A DNA stretch of 63,917 nucleotides, counting the filler, from Octopus bimaculoides (Eukaryota): assembly GCF_001194135.2 (NCBI RefSeq). It is 6 parts of 6 records of this genome, joined end to end, with 100 filler letters (N's around TTAATTAATTAA, not from the genome) between each part and the next. Parts side by side here need not be neighbours in the genome. Positions count along the whole stretch, not along the records: positions 52,309 to 61,062 come from NC_068984.1; positions 61,163 to 62,478 come from NW_026421622.1; positions 62,579 to 63,917 come from NC_068994.1; 3 more parts are not named here. The stretch is one strand, 5' to 3'. This document shows, in pieces, positions 52,801-63,917 of this stretch (within the stretch, counting starts at the first letter, position 1; each line of letters opens with the position of its first letter). Made by a program: the position numbers and the translations under genes. The notes below the pieces were generated by a model, which worked only from the letters and a program-made list of their open reading frames with translations, was not told the DNA's origin and searched no databases.

Positions 52801-53188
52801 TAAGATCAGGCCAAACAGCCTCTGAATGTCGCATTGTATCACTCTGACAACACCTGTGACGCCTAAACCAAACACGAATCAACTCAAGTAATTTATTAAA
52901 ATCACATACTGATTGGTCAGAATACAATTTGCAAAAATTAACATTCTGGAGCTTATACAAATATATTTAAGGCACACATTTTAGCCATCTCCCTACAGTT
53001 GTAAATTATAAAATATAACTGTCATCACTACTACATGAACCTGAAAATTGCATAGTTTAATGCATGAAAGTTCTAGTTCAATCAGAATGGACATTTAATA
53101 TTTTATCATTTCATTATAATATATCTTATATTATCTTGTATTATTATAAGATTGTAAATAAAACGAGAGTCAAAGTTGGAATTTTGGA

Positions 53189-53222
<34 letters not shown>

Positions 53223-53289
53223 AATATATGAGTATATGCATATATATGTACATGTATGTACATACCTTCATCTACATGTACATATAGAT

Positions 53290-53575
53290 ACATAACTGGG
53301 TACATGACGTGGCATATGAACATGGACAAAATGATAAACAAGGTACAACAAACAAGCAAGCCACATAGAAACATCTCCTTCATCAGCTGCCACCATTAAA
53401 ACACCGGCGTTTCGAAGAATTAAGGCAGTACGCATCGTTGAAATGGTTCTTCCCACGAACAAAAATTAAATTATTTTCGTGGAGGGTAGTGGCGGACGGA
53501 AAATAAGACAGGAAAACGAAACGATGAAAAAACGAACAAGCATAAAGGCTGTACAGGCAGACGTGAAGTGTGTAT
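53290..53575. mobile_element. Dispersed repeat, possibly a Penelope-like terminus
   Basis: Non-simple CpG-rich block between (TA)n runs; carries GAAAC and CTGATGA boxes on the minus strand. Confidence 0.4.
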
Positions 53576-54711
53576 ATATATATGAATTGGGTGCACCAAA
53601 TAGAAATTAGCACTCAACAATTTTGTTGTACGTATCTAAATTAGAAGTTAACACGTCTCCACCATACGTAAAATCAAAATTTCGTTACACTCTTTCTCGT
53701 TCAATAAAAATCAGATTGCCGATAGTGAGAGATTCAAAGATAGTTACAGAGAGAGAAGGGGAGAGGGAAGGAGAGAGAGAGAGCCAAACAAACAGATAGA
53801 CAGAAACTTAGTCATATATACAGACATAAAAACTAGATACAGTAATATCTAACTACATTTTTGCGTGTAGAGCTTAGAAATTATGAAAGAATCATTTCTA
53901 TCATAATTTAAAAGGTTTTGTAATGATGTTCTTAAGCAGTACTCTTGCAGTTATAGGAATATTTTGGTTCAGCATTTAACAAACAATCACAGTTAAAACA
54001 TTAAACAAATATAGCAATCACGATAGAAAATGTAATGTTAAATGGAATGAGTGTGATTGCCCGATTCATTAAACTCACTTCATTATTGCATCGAAATATG
54101 TCGAAGTATCTGTTCCTTTACAGAATAATTTCAGTAACAAGTAATTATTAATTAATTGCAATTTAATTAGTATTACAATACTAATTTGCATTGATTCTCT
54201 CATTTTCACGTGTTTTCTTTGTGATTGCGAATGTTGTTGAACAATTAACTATTCATACAAATTGTAGATACACTTCATGTTTCCGTTACCGCACGCATAT
54301 TTACGCTCATACGCATTCAAATATATGTATACACATATGCACAAACACCATACACACACATACGCAGCGTCTGAGAGCATATATCAATATATACATGTGT
54401 GTAAGTTTGTGTGTATCTGTTTGTGTATATATAGGTATAATATATGAATACATGTATGTGTGTTTATATATATATATACAAGGTATAAGTGTATATATAT
54501 ATATATATAAATGAGTTGGCGTAGAAAAAAGTGGCACTCAACACATTTTGTTGGAATTACATACGAGCCCGACGGGGTTAGCTTGACGAGCTAACAAAAG
54601 CTGAAGTTGAAAGAAGCGGAATCAAATTATTATTAAATAATGTATAAAATGCGCGTGCATGTACATGTGTTTGTGTATGTGTGCATCTGTCTATGTGTGT
54701 ATCTATATATG

Positions 54712-54761
<50 letters not shown>

Positions 54762-54764
54762 TAC

Positions 54765-54799
<35 letters not shown>

Positions 54800-55279
54800 T
54801 ACATACGCATGTGCATACGTACGTACATACATACATATATACATGCATATACACACATACATACACACATACACACAGACAGACACACATACACACATAC
54901 ATGCATACATACATACATACATACATACGTACGTACGTACATACATACATACATGCATACATACATATATACATACATACATACATACATACACACATAC
55001 ATACATATATGCTACAGAAACCAGAAAGCTATGGCTTTTGTGTTTATAGCAATGTAGAGCCGTTCGTTTTCTTGTTTGTGTTGGTGATTTTGGCTTCAAA
55101 TCACCAAGTTTAAACCCATTGGATATTTAGATGGAAGTGCCTGTCTCATATTTTTTGTTTGTTCTTCGGCGAGTGTATGTACTTTAATTACGAAACACTT
55201 CTCTTGAACCCGTTTGTATTGTAAACGTTTCAAGTCTTATAGCGTCAAGATCAGTTACTTCTGCTTAGACAATACCGCT

Positions 55280-55450
55280 TCTAACCCCGCACACTACAAT
55301 ACATGCAAGCACATTCACACACATAGACAACCTCCAATACAAACCCCGAGTCCCGCAACTACTCAAATCCTACCAACTGCCCACTGGGAGGAACCTGCCT
55401 CTCAAAATCTATGGTGCTTCCCTCACATCACTGACATTACAAGACACGAC
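55280..55450 (+). mobile_element. Penelope-like remnant (Cys motif preceding the GIY-YIG domain)
   Basis: TSNTNPESRNYSNPTNCPLGGTCLSKSMV resembles the PLE C.C....CPL.G.CL...VY motif. Confidence 0.55.
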
Positions 55451-55999
55451 ACACTGAAATTCTATATCTTGTTGGGCATAAATTGTTTCTTCGTATGGTA
55501 AGTTTTATTTTTATGTTTTTATATTTTTTCATTCACTGATGCTACCTGATTGTACTTCGTTATGATTCTAATTCTGATAAGGGTAACATGAATTTAGCGT
55601 TTATGAGCATTTTACGTACACACGCGCGCGCATGCACACACAGTGTATTTCAATTAAAAACAAGCGGGTAGTCCTGATTTGGAAATCGTGGACTGCTAGC
55701 CTTCGAAGATGTTATATATATATATGTGTGTACATAGGCTCAAAACGTAAAAGACTTTCTCACCTTCCTGAGCATTAAACTAATACACCTGTTTGTTGTT
55801 TACACACCTGTCTTCGTCTTTTGTTTTCTTTTTGTAAATTACCACTTTATATATGTGTGTGCGTGGGTGGGTGTGATGTACGTGCCTGCACGTGTGTCTG
55901 TATGTATGTGTGTATATATATTATTAGCGACGGCAACACAATTAATACCAGAGGGTACACTTTATATTACTTCTATATATATGTATATATATGTGTGTG

Positions 56000-56200
56000 T
56001 GTGTGTGTGTTTTTGTCTGTTACCACCTACCCCCACCCACTGCTTGACAACAAGTGTTGGTTTGTTTACATCCCCGAATGTATGCAATTCGGTAAAGGAT
56101 ACTGATAGTATATGTACCAGGCTTAAAAAATATGTACTGCGATCGATTAGTTCGATAAGTTCGGTATCTCCAGCTTGGCCGCAGTCTAACGACTGAAACA
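56000..56200 (-). mobile_element. SINE family C copy
   Basis: Reverse complement family C body with a (TG)n/(TA)n tail. Confidence 0.75.
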
Positions 56201-57687
56201 AGGCAGGGATAAGAAAATACATACACGAACACACATACACATACATACACACACATACACACACACACACACACACGTTACATCAAGCTATATTTATTTG
56301 TGCAGTTTTAATCCAACTAAAACAAGATGCCGCAGTGTACTTCACAATCGCGTAGTCATAGCTGTGCCGTATTTCTGCTATGTTTCTCGGGAGTCAAGTG
56401 AACGCGTACAAGTCACTTTTTTTTTTAGTTTTCGGTTCGAGATGGAAACAGGTTATATAGTGTAATAGCATTGACTCAAAATTTCATCTTTTATTTGAAT
56501 AAAGTTTGTCTTTTATTGAACTGCCACAACTTCGCGTTTCATTTCTGCTGTATATGGCGGACATTGTTGACGATGAAAGGAGACAAATGTCAAAGGTGAA
56601 AGATCTCTTGGTGGTTATTCAGGTAAAGATTTAAATGCGAGTGAAAATTCTTTACACGTTCGGAATATATCAGAGATGATTTAAGAGAAACAGTTCAGTT
56701 TCGAGCAAAAGATGAAAGGCGGTATATTTTGGTTCGGTCAATTTTAAAAAGAGGCCAATATGTATACAAGTGCAGAAAACTAAATTTCAGGTATATGCTG
56801 TGTGTGATATTTAAGGAAAGAGGCAAATGATTCTGTTCGCTTTTATTCAAAGACATAATCATATAAATTGTATTGGACGACATATACATGTATACACTCG
56901 GAGAAATATACACTATTTGAACCGAAAATTTTCCAGCAATACGTTTATCAGTTTGGGATGTATATTGCAAAGGCGCATGCGTGGCTGCGTGATAAGAAGT
57001 TCGCTTTCCAACTACTCGGTTCNNNNNNNNNNNNNNNNNNNNNNNNNNNNNNNNNNNNNNNNNNNNNNNNNNNNNNNNNNNNNNNNNNNNNNNNNNNNNN
57101 NNNNNNNNNNNNNNNNNNNNNNNNNNNNNNNNNNNNNNNNNNNNNNNNNNNNNNNNNNNNNNNNNNNNNNNNNNNNNNNNNNNNNNNNNNNNNNNNNNNN
57201 NNNNNNNNNNNNNNNNNNNNNNNNNNNNNNNNNNNNNNNNNNNNNNNNNNNNNNNNNNNNNNNNNNNNNNNNNNNNNNNNNNNNNNNNNNNNNNNNNNNN
57301 NNNNNNNNNNNNNNNNNNNNNNNNNNNNNNNNNNNNNNNNNNNNNNNNNNNNNNNNNNNNNNNNNNNNNNNNNNNNNNNNNNNNNNNNNNNNNNNNNNNN
57401 NNNNNNNNNNNNNNNNNNNNNNNNNNNNNNNNNNNNNNNNNNNNNNNNNNNNAGGAAAAAATATAGGAAAATGTGTTGTTGAAAATTCACCGAAATTACA
57501 AAAATTCGTAAATGTTTAAAATACATTTATTTACATATATACCAAACTAGTTTCAAAAATATCTTTTGTTTATCAATTGTAAAAATTTAAAGTTATGAAT
57601 TAGAAAAACAGCTTTAAAAGTTTCAATGTTGACAAATTAACATATTTAAAACAGATAAATTTAGCATTATGAATTAGGAGGGATAGA

Positions 57688-57890
57688 CTTACGGTGCACA
57701 GACATCAAATCCGTGACCCCCACCACTAGGAAAATTTCCATAAGCAAGCACCTAGACCAATGCCCTGTAGACACAAGCCCTAAATACCAAAACTCCCTCT
57801 ATCAATGCACTGGAAACACTTCAGCCTAATTTCGTTTAAATAAGGAAAACATACTGATTAAAAAATATAAACCACAGCCTTTAGAAAGAA
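57688..57890 (+). mobile_element. Penelope-like GIY-YIG endonuclease C-terminal remnant
   Basis: LTVHRHQIRDP/TTRKISISKHLDQC...RLNKENILIKKYKP (one frameshift) matches the PLE endonuclease R..H ... H ... E...I...KP pattern. Confidence 0.7.
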
Positions 57891-58027
57891 GAAAAGGCAG
57901 TAAAAAGAAATAAAAAGACCCAATTTCCCCACAAAAACAACCAGGAGCAACACATATTTTTTAAAAATCTTAGTAAGAATCTTCCACCCGGGTTTCGAAA
58001 CCACAACTCCAAATCACCATACAGACA

Positions 58028-58206
58028 CCAGTGGCCGACGTCACCTACCTCCAGTCCAATAAAATTTTATAAATACCAGTTGCTGACGTCACCTACCTCT
58101 AGTCCAATAAAATTTTATAAATACCAGTTGCTGACGTCACCTACCTCTAGTCCAATAAAATCTTATAAATACCAGTTGCCGACGTCACCTAACTCCAGAC
58201 CAATCA
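58028..58206 (+). repeat. 48-bp tandem repeat (~3.7 copies), each unit with CRE-, CCAAT- and TATA-like motifs
   Basis: Units start at 58028, 58076, 58124 and 58172; consensus CCAGTTGCTGACGTCACCTACCTCTAGTCCAATAAAATTTTATAAATA. Confidence 0.92.
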
Positions 58207-58895
58207 AAACCGAACTCCAGCAAATACAACGAAATGACCCTTTGCTGCTTTTGAGGTGGTTGTTGTAGCTGTAGTTGTTGATGTTGTTGTGATTTTTGTT
58301 GTTGTAATTCTTGCTGTTGTTGAAGATTTGATGGGTGGGTAACAAACTCTGGTTGAATGGGCTGTGAACAGCTGGAATCTGAGAAGTTGAACGTTTCATT
58401 AAGTAGGTCATCAATTGTGGTTGAATTAAGGCGTGTTAAAGGTTGAGGCTGGGTCAGTTGTTGCTGCTGTGGTTATTGTTGTTGTTGTTGCTGTGGTGAT
58501 TGTTCTTGTCTTTGCTGTGATGATTGTTGCTGTTGTTGTTGCTGCGGTGGATGTTGCTGTGGCCGAAGTGGTTGCTGTTATTGTCGTGATTGTTGTTGTT
58601 GTTGTTGCTGCTGTGGTAGTGGTTGTTGTTGCTCTTGACCAGTTTTTGAAGAGAAAAACACGTTGGAGTTTTTTTAATGTCTATTAATTAATTTAAATGC
58701 CATTTTAATTTGTTTAAATTTGTTTTGAATCTGCTTCTCGGAGCGATTTCTGAAAAGTTGAATTATATGTCTAGTTATTAGGTCCCGGTATGTGTCCATG
58801 TTCTCCGTTTGGGCAAGAGGATGCCATGAATTTATCAGAAGGTCTATTTCATTCTCAGACCAATTTTGCTTAGATTGTTGCTGTTGAGTAGTCAT
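58185..58895 (-). pseudogene. Myb/SANT-like domain plus Gln-rich protein reading frame with three internal TAA stops
   Basis: ATG at 58895 to TGA at 58185 in a single frame: MTTQQQQSKQNWSENEIDLLINSW...RNRSEKQIQNKFKQIK...RH*...QQQ...Q*...QQQ*...IDDLLNETFNF...QQ...VR*. Stops are at 58674, 58578 and 58473; no frameshift. Confidence 0.7.
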
Positions 58896-58934
58896 CTTAG
58901 AGTTTTTTTTATTTTTTATTTTAATATATTTGTT

Positions 58935-59377
58935 TGTTAATTGCCAAAATGAACGAAAAACTGCTACTCCTCCGTCCAAGACTTGTCAACAGAAGAGAAC
59001 CAATCATTCTTCATGACAATGCTCGGCCATCCTTTTCACTAATGACGCTCCAGAAGTTGAGGGCACTTGGCTACGAAGTTCTCCCCACCCAGCTTATTCC
59101 TCAGACCTTTCTCCTACTGACTACTACTTTTTCAAGCACCTTGATGGTTTCCTCCAAGAGAAGGGGTTCAAAAATCAAACTGATGCTGAAAGTACGTTCA
59201 AAGAGTTCGTCAGCTCCAGAACTCCAGATTTTTATGTTACCGGAAATAAACAAACGTGTAACTCGTTGACAAAAATGTGTTGATTGTAATAGTACTTACT
59301 TTGAAGAATAAAATTGTTGAAATATATTGTGATGAATTTCATGTTTCAAAATATTGCTTACTTTTTACTCAGCCTGA
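58935..59377 (+). mobile_element. Mariner transposon 3' half with right TIR
   Basis: PIILHDNARP...LGYEVL/PHPAYSSDLSPTDYYFFKHLD (D,D34D-type motifs, frameshifted). It ends CTTACTTTTTACTCAGCCTGA followed by TA. Confidence 0.9.
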
Positions 59378-59643
59378 TATACATATCAATATCAATATAG
59401 GCGGTGCTCCAACATAGCCGCTGTGAAATGACTTAAACAAGTAAAAGGAACTAAAAGAATATCTATATATATTCTTAATACGTTCCGACAGATTCCAATG
59501 CAAATATGTTAATTGCTGTTGTGTGTGTCGAGGACTTCCACAAACAACCTTGCCCGCACTTGTGCCTCGGAGGGTAACTCTCTAGGTTCAATACCATGGT
59601 CATTCATGACCGAAGTGGGTCTTCTATATACACACGCACATGT

Positions 59644-59688
<45 letters not shown>

Positions 59689-59714
59689 TGTGTGTGTTTG
59701 TTTTACGTATACAT

Positions 59715-60015
59715 ACGTCATCAGGTGATCGACCAGGCTATCGGATGCTGGTATACGTCGCTGGTCACAATGCGCATTGTATCATTTTAGCTTTCGAAAG
59801 ATGCCACCCCATCTGGCTACGCGGGCAGATCAACATTCTTTCCCCCCACCCCTGATCGGAAGACCATTCTATCGCAGTGTGCACCCATTTAGAGCTGGGT
59901 GGACTGGAGCAACGTGGAATAAAGTGGTTTTGTAAAAAGCACAGCGCATTGCTCAGTCCCGGAATCGCAATCATGATCGCTAGATCGCGAGTGCAACAGC
60001 CTAACCATGACTCCA
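59715..60015 (-). mobile_element. tRNA-derived SINE with a CORE-like central segment
   Basis: Minus strand has A-box-like 'gtggagtcatggttagg', B-box-like 'gattgcgattccggg', and a core 'ttgctccagtccacccagctctaaatgggt'. Confidence 0.7.
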
Positions 60016-60639
60016 CACGCCTTCACACGCAAACATATGTATGTGTGTGCGTGTGTTAATCGTGGTTGGTTGGTTGATTGATTGATTGATTGGCTAAATG
60101 AATGATCGATCGCTTATCTGAGAATGTCAGACGTTTCAAAAGACTGCAGCAATCAATGGATAAATATATTTTCGCACAGCTGAAATGCTTATAACATAAC
60201 AGATTAATAATTTCAGCGTGTGCGTTTCAAGATACAGAGAAGAGCATGAATGCGCATGCGCCCACAGGAAATTCATACAGATGTAATATCAATAGCTGGA
60301 CAAATCGATAGAGCGATACAGAGAGAAATTGGATTAATTAATTTGTCGACTGATTGAGTTATTGATTTTTTGATTGATTGGTTGTTTAATTGAGATATTC
60401 AGCATTGATATGAAACAAGAATATTCAATGTTGATCAAGAAATTTAACAGTTGCAATGCCTCAACAGAAATGCTCTCATATTTCAATTAGATAACGCTAT
60501 ATACTTTTAAACCAATTAACTTACAAACATCTTCGGCTGTAAATGTTTAATATATCGGGAAAATAAACGAAGATTTTTATAAATATTTTTTTGACGATGA
60601 GTTTTCCAGTTTAGACAGAGATCACTCTTTACTCGTTTA

Positions 60640-60840
60640 TTCTTTTACTTGTTTCAATCATTTGACTGTGACCATGCTGGAGCACCACCTTTAGTCGAAA
60701 TCATTCGTCCTACGACTTACTCTTTCTAAGCCTAGTGCTTATTATATCGGTCTCTTTCGCCGAACCGCTAGTTTACGGGGATGTAAACACACCAACATCG
60801 ATTGTCAAGCGATGGAGGGGGACACAGACACACAAATACA
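60640..60840 (+). mobile_element. SINE family C copy
   Basis: Family C body; its 3' end forms the left arm of the palindrome 60777-61062. Confidence 0.85.
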
Positions 60841-60845
60841 TACAT

Positions 60846-60876
<31 letters not shown>

Positions 60877-62676
60877 CATATAATATATATACATATATAT
60901 AATATATATATATACATATATATATGTATATATATATATTATATATATGTATATATATTATATGTATATATATATATGTGTGTGTGTGTGTGTATGTATG
61001 TGTTTGTGTGTCTGTGTCCCCCTCCATCGCTTGACAATCGATGTTGGTGTGTTTACATCCCCNNNNNNNNNNNNNNNNNNNNNNNNNNNNNNNNNNNNNN
61101 NNNNNNTTAATTAATTAANNNNNNNNNNNNNNNNNNNNNNNNNNNNNNNNNNNNNNNNNNNNTTTTCTTACCAAAGTCTACCTGCATAAATCTAAACCAG
61201 TAAATTTTAATAGATTTTCAGAAATACTTTCTCATATATTTTTCTTATTTTAAGAGAACATTCGATATATTAAAAAAACTTTATCTTTTCCATCTCTGAC
61301 GAGCGGAAGTATTGTCTATCAACAATGGAGTCCATTATAATGACAATACTTTTGTGAAACGATCGTAAGATGTATTAATTAACAAATTTTTAAACTGTCA
61401 TGTTTCATATATTTACATATATTTTAAATACAATTCTATTTTAGACATATATATCTTCGTGATATTAAATTTCATGCTATTATTTCAAAATACAGTATAT
61501 ATAATCGCTCGTATTAATGTCTAAAAATTTTATAGTATTAATATTTTTGACATTTTATACAAAGAGCACTCATTATAGATTCTGTGTATAATATTCTAAC
61601 AGAATATATTTAAGTAATATGTAGTAGGTAGAAGGATCCATTGGAGGGGCCCTATTATCGATTTTTTTCAACGGTCTGTCATGAGGATTCCAGACATAAA
61701 TTCTACTCACGTGTTAAATAAAATATAAAAGTTATATTGTCTGCAAAAATTAGAAATTGGACACGCAAAAAATCAATATTCAAAATAATCGAACATAAAG
61801 AATGAAGCCTGTAAAATATTTCTAAATTCGATGGCTCAATTAGTTTCATGAAAATGTATGAACTGTAAAAAAGCAATAAATATTATGATTTCTAAAATAA
61901 GTATAAGTGATACAGGGTGTCGCAACTGAATGTGGTGTGGAAGTTTGGTTTCATTTTTTAAGAATTTTAAGCATTCAAAGTATAAGTTCATTGTATTCGG
62001 ACACACTTATTAAATACGTTCTGGAATCAAAACTTTATGTACTGTCATCGGAAACGTTTAACTGGAAAAATACAGAATTTTCGGAGTTATGGGCATTGAA
62101 AGTGTACATGCATCAAGAAAGTGCAATAGTAAGGTTTAGCAGTTGAAAACTGAGTAGTGAAATGTAGAATTAGGTCCGCTGATCGTGCGAATCAAATATT
62201 GATCGCTTCGCTAAAAACTAACAATTGTAAGTGCTGATGCTATGGATTATTTCCCTTGAGTGTTTAAAAAATATTGTGTAGATGCTACGGGTTATTTCCC
62301 TTGGGTGTTTAAAAAAAATTAGTTATATGAGGTAGATATAAAGATCCCTTCCAGGTGCCGTATATGCATATATATATATGTATATATATGTATATATATA
62401 CACAATAGATCGCTAGCCACTACACACATTTTTTTTCTCTCCTTATTTCTTTCTGTGTTCCTTTCTGTGGAAGAGCGTNNNNNNNNNNNNNNNNNNNNNN
62501 NNNNNNNNNNNNNNNNNNNNNNTTAATTAATTAANNNNNNNNNNNNNNNNNNNNNNNNNNNNNNNNNNNNNNNNNNNNGCAGAATCGATAACACGCCGGG
62601 GAAAAATTCTTCGCGGCCTTTCGTCCGTCTTTACGTTGTGACTTCAAATTCCGCCGGTAGATAGAACGATAGACTG

Positions 62677-62686
62677 ACAGACAGAC

Positions 62687-62754
<68 letters not shown>

Positions 62755-62830
62755 TGATTGATTGTTTCATTCATTCATTCATTCGTTCATTCATCGATTG
62801 ATTGACTGATTGATTGATTGATTGATTCCG
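62677..62830. repeat. (GATA)n/(GATT)n/(CATT)n microsatellite
   Basis: Direct reading. Confidence 0.9.
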
Positions 62831-63549
62831 ATTTCGCTTTAGCATAGCGTTACTAGTGACTAGGTGTAAGAACTCAATATAGTTATTCTTTAGAGTAAAG
62901 CTTCAGATGAGTGCAGTGCGTAATACCAATGTCAGTGAATGACAAAAGAGCAGAAATTACGTAATCATTTTCATTAGCTTACACCTGTTTCTGCTATGAG
63001 AAGTATTGCGCTCAGAGCTGAATGCTTGTGTGACATCTTATAGCTTCCTCGAAGACTTTTAAATGATCAGATAGATAAAAAGGATAGATAGGGAGAGAAA
63101 GAGAGAGAAAGAAGTATTTATCTCCAGTGTGTTGAGCTTTGTCCTTTCCTTTTACACGACCGAATTTGTCCCTGTGTCAATCTGTTCGTCTGTCTCTCTA
63201 AAATATATATATATATATATATAAAACGAGAAAGACCCTTTCTGTTGTCGTGGCAACGCAGTTTTGTGACAACAATTAACTCTTAATAGACTACACGGTG
63301 CAACAACAATAGTAACCAAGGGTACATGACAGTTGACAGTTGTAAGAAAGTGATGGTGGTGGTGGTAGTGGTGGTAGTGGTGGTAGTAGTAGTAGTAGTA
63401 GTAGTTGTGGTGGTGGTGGTAGTTTGTGGTCTGTTTATAGGGGGAGACGAGTGGGGTTAATTTTTGGTCTGTAATGACATGGGCCATTTGATACCTCAAG
63501 TACTTACGTATGTGTACACGCAGAATGCTTTTGTGTTTGACTTCAGGTG

Positions 63550-63741
63550 GAAAGCGACGAGCTGGAAGAATGCTTAGCGGTACTTCTGGCTCTTTACGTC
63601 CTGAGTTCAAATTTCATCGAGGTCGACTTTGCCTTTCATCCTTCCAGGGACGATAAAATAAGTACCAGTTGAGTACTGGTGTCGATGTAATCGACTATCA
63701 CCCTCCCTCATATTTCAGGCCCTGTGGCCATAGTAGAAAGG

Positions 63742-63809
<68 letters not shown>

Positions 63810-63815
63810 TATTAC

Positions 63816-63878
<63 letters not shown>
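63550..63878 (+). mobile_element. SINE family A copy with ~140-bp (ATT)n tail
   Basis: Family A body with intact CpGs ending 'gtagaaaggattattatt...'. Confidence 0.88.
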
Positions 63879-63879
<1 letters not shown>

Positions 63880-63917
63880 TCTCTTTGTTGGAGCGCCTGG
63901 AGTCTTACATGCGTAGT

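Noticed and set aside
56340-56800. Possible mariner N-terminal remnant (KIDRTKIYR)
   Set aside because: Only one weak motif; neighbouring frames give no supporting matches.

Overview
AT-rich eukaryotic nuclear DNA; the repeat landscape resembles a cephalopod (octopus-like) draft assembly, which is my inference rather than something the sequence proves. The window is dominated by microsatellites, N gaps, five artificial 100-bp scaffold spacers, several SINE/retroposon families and decayed transposons: Dong/R4-type RLE LINEs, RTE 3' ends, Penelope-like fragments, mariner remnants, a hAT-like MITE and a piggyBac-like MITE. No complete host protein-coding gene, tRNA, rRNA or CRISPR array is supported, and nearly all ORF-track entries are microsatellite translations. 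A probable first exon of a minus-strand gene lies at about 36.85 kb. The sequence to its left is strongly CpG-depleted, as expected for a methylated gene body. The most unusual segment is 57.7-58.9 kb. It contains a Penelope endonuclease remnant, a 48-bp CRE/CCAAT/TATA tandem array, and an antisense, frameshift-free 237-codon reading frame encoding a Myb/SANT-like domain plus a long Gln-rich tail, interrupted only by three TAA codons. Repeat boundaries are approximate unless stated otherwise.
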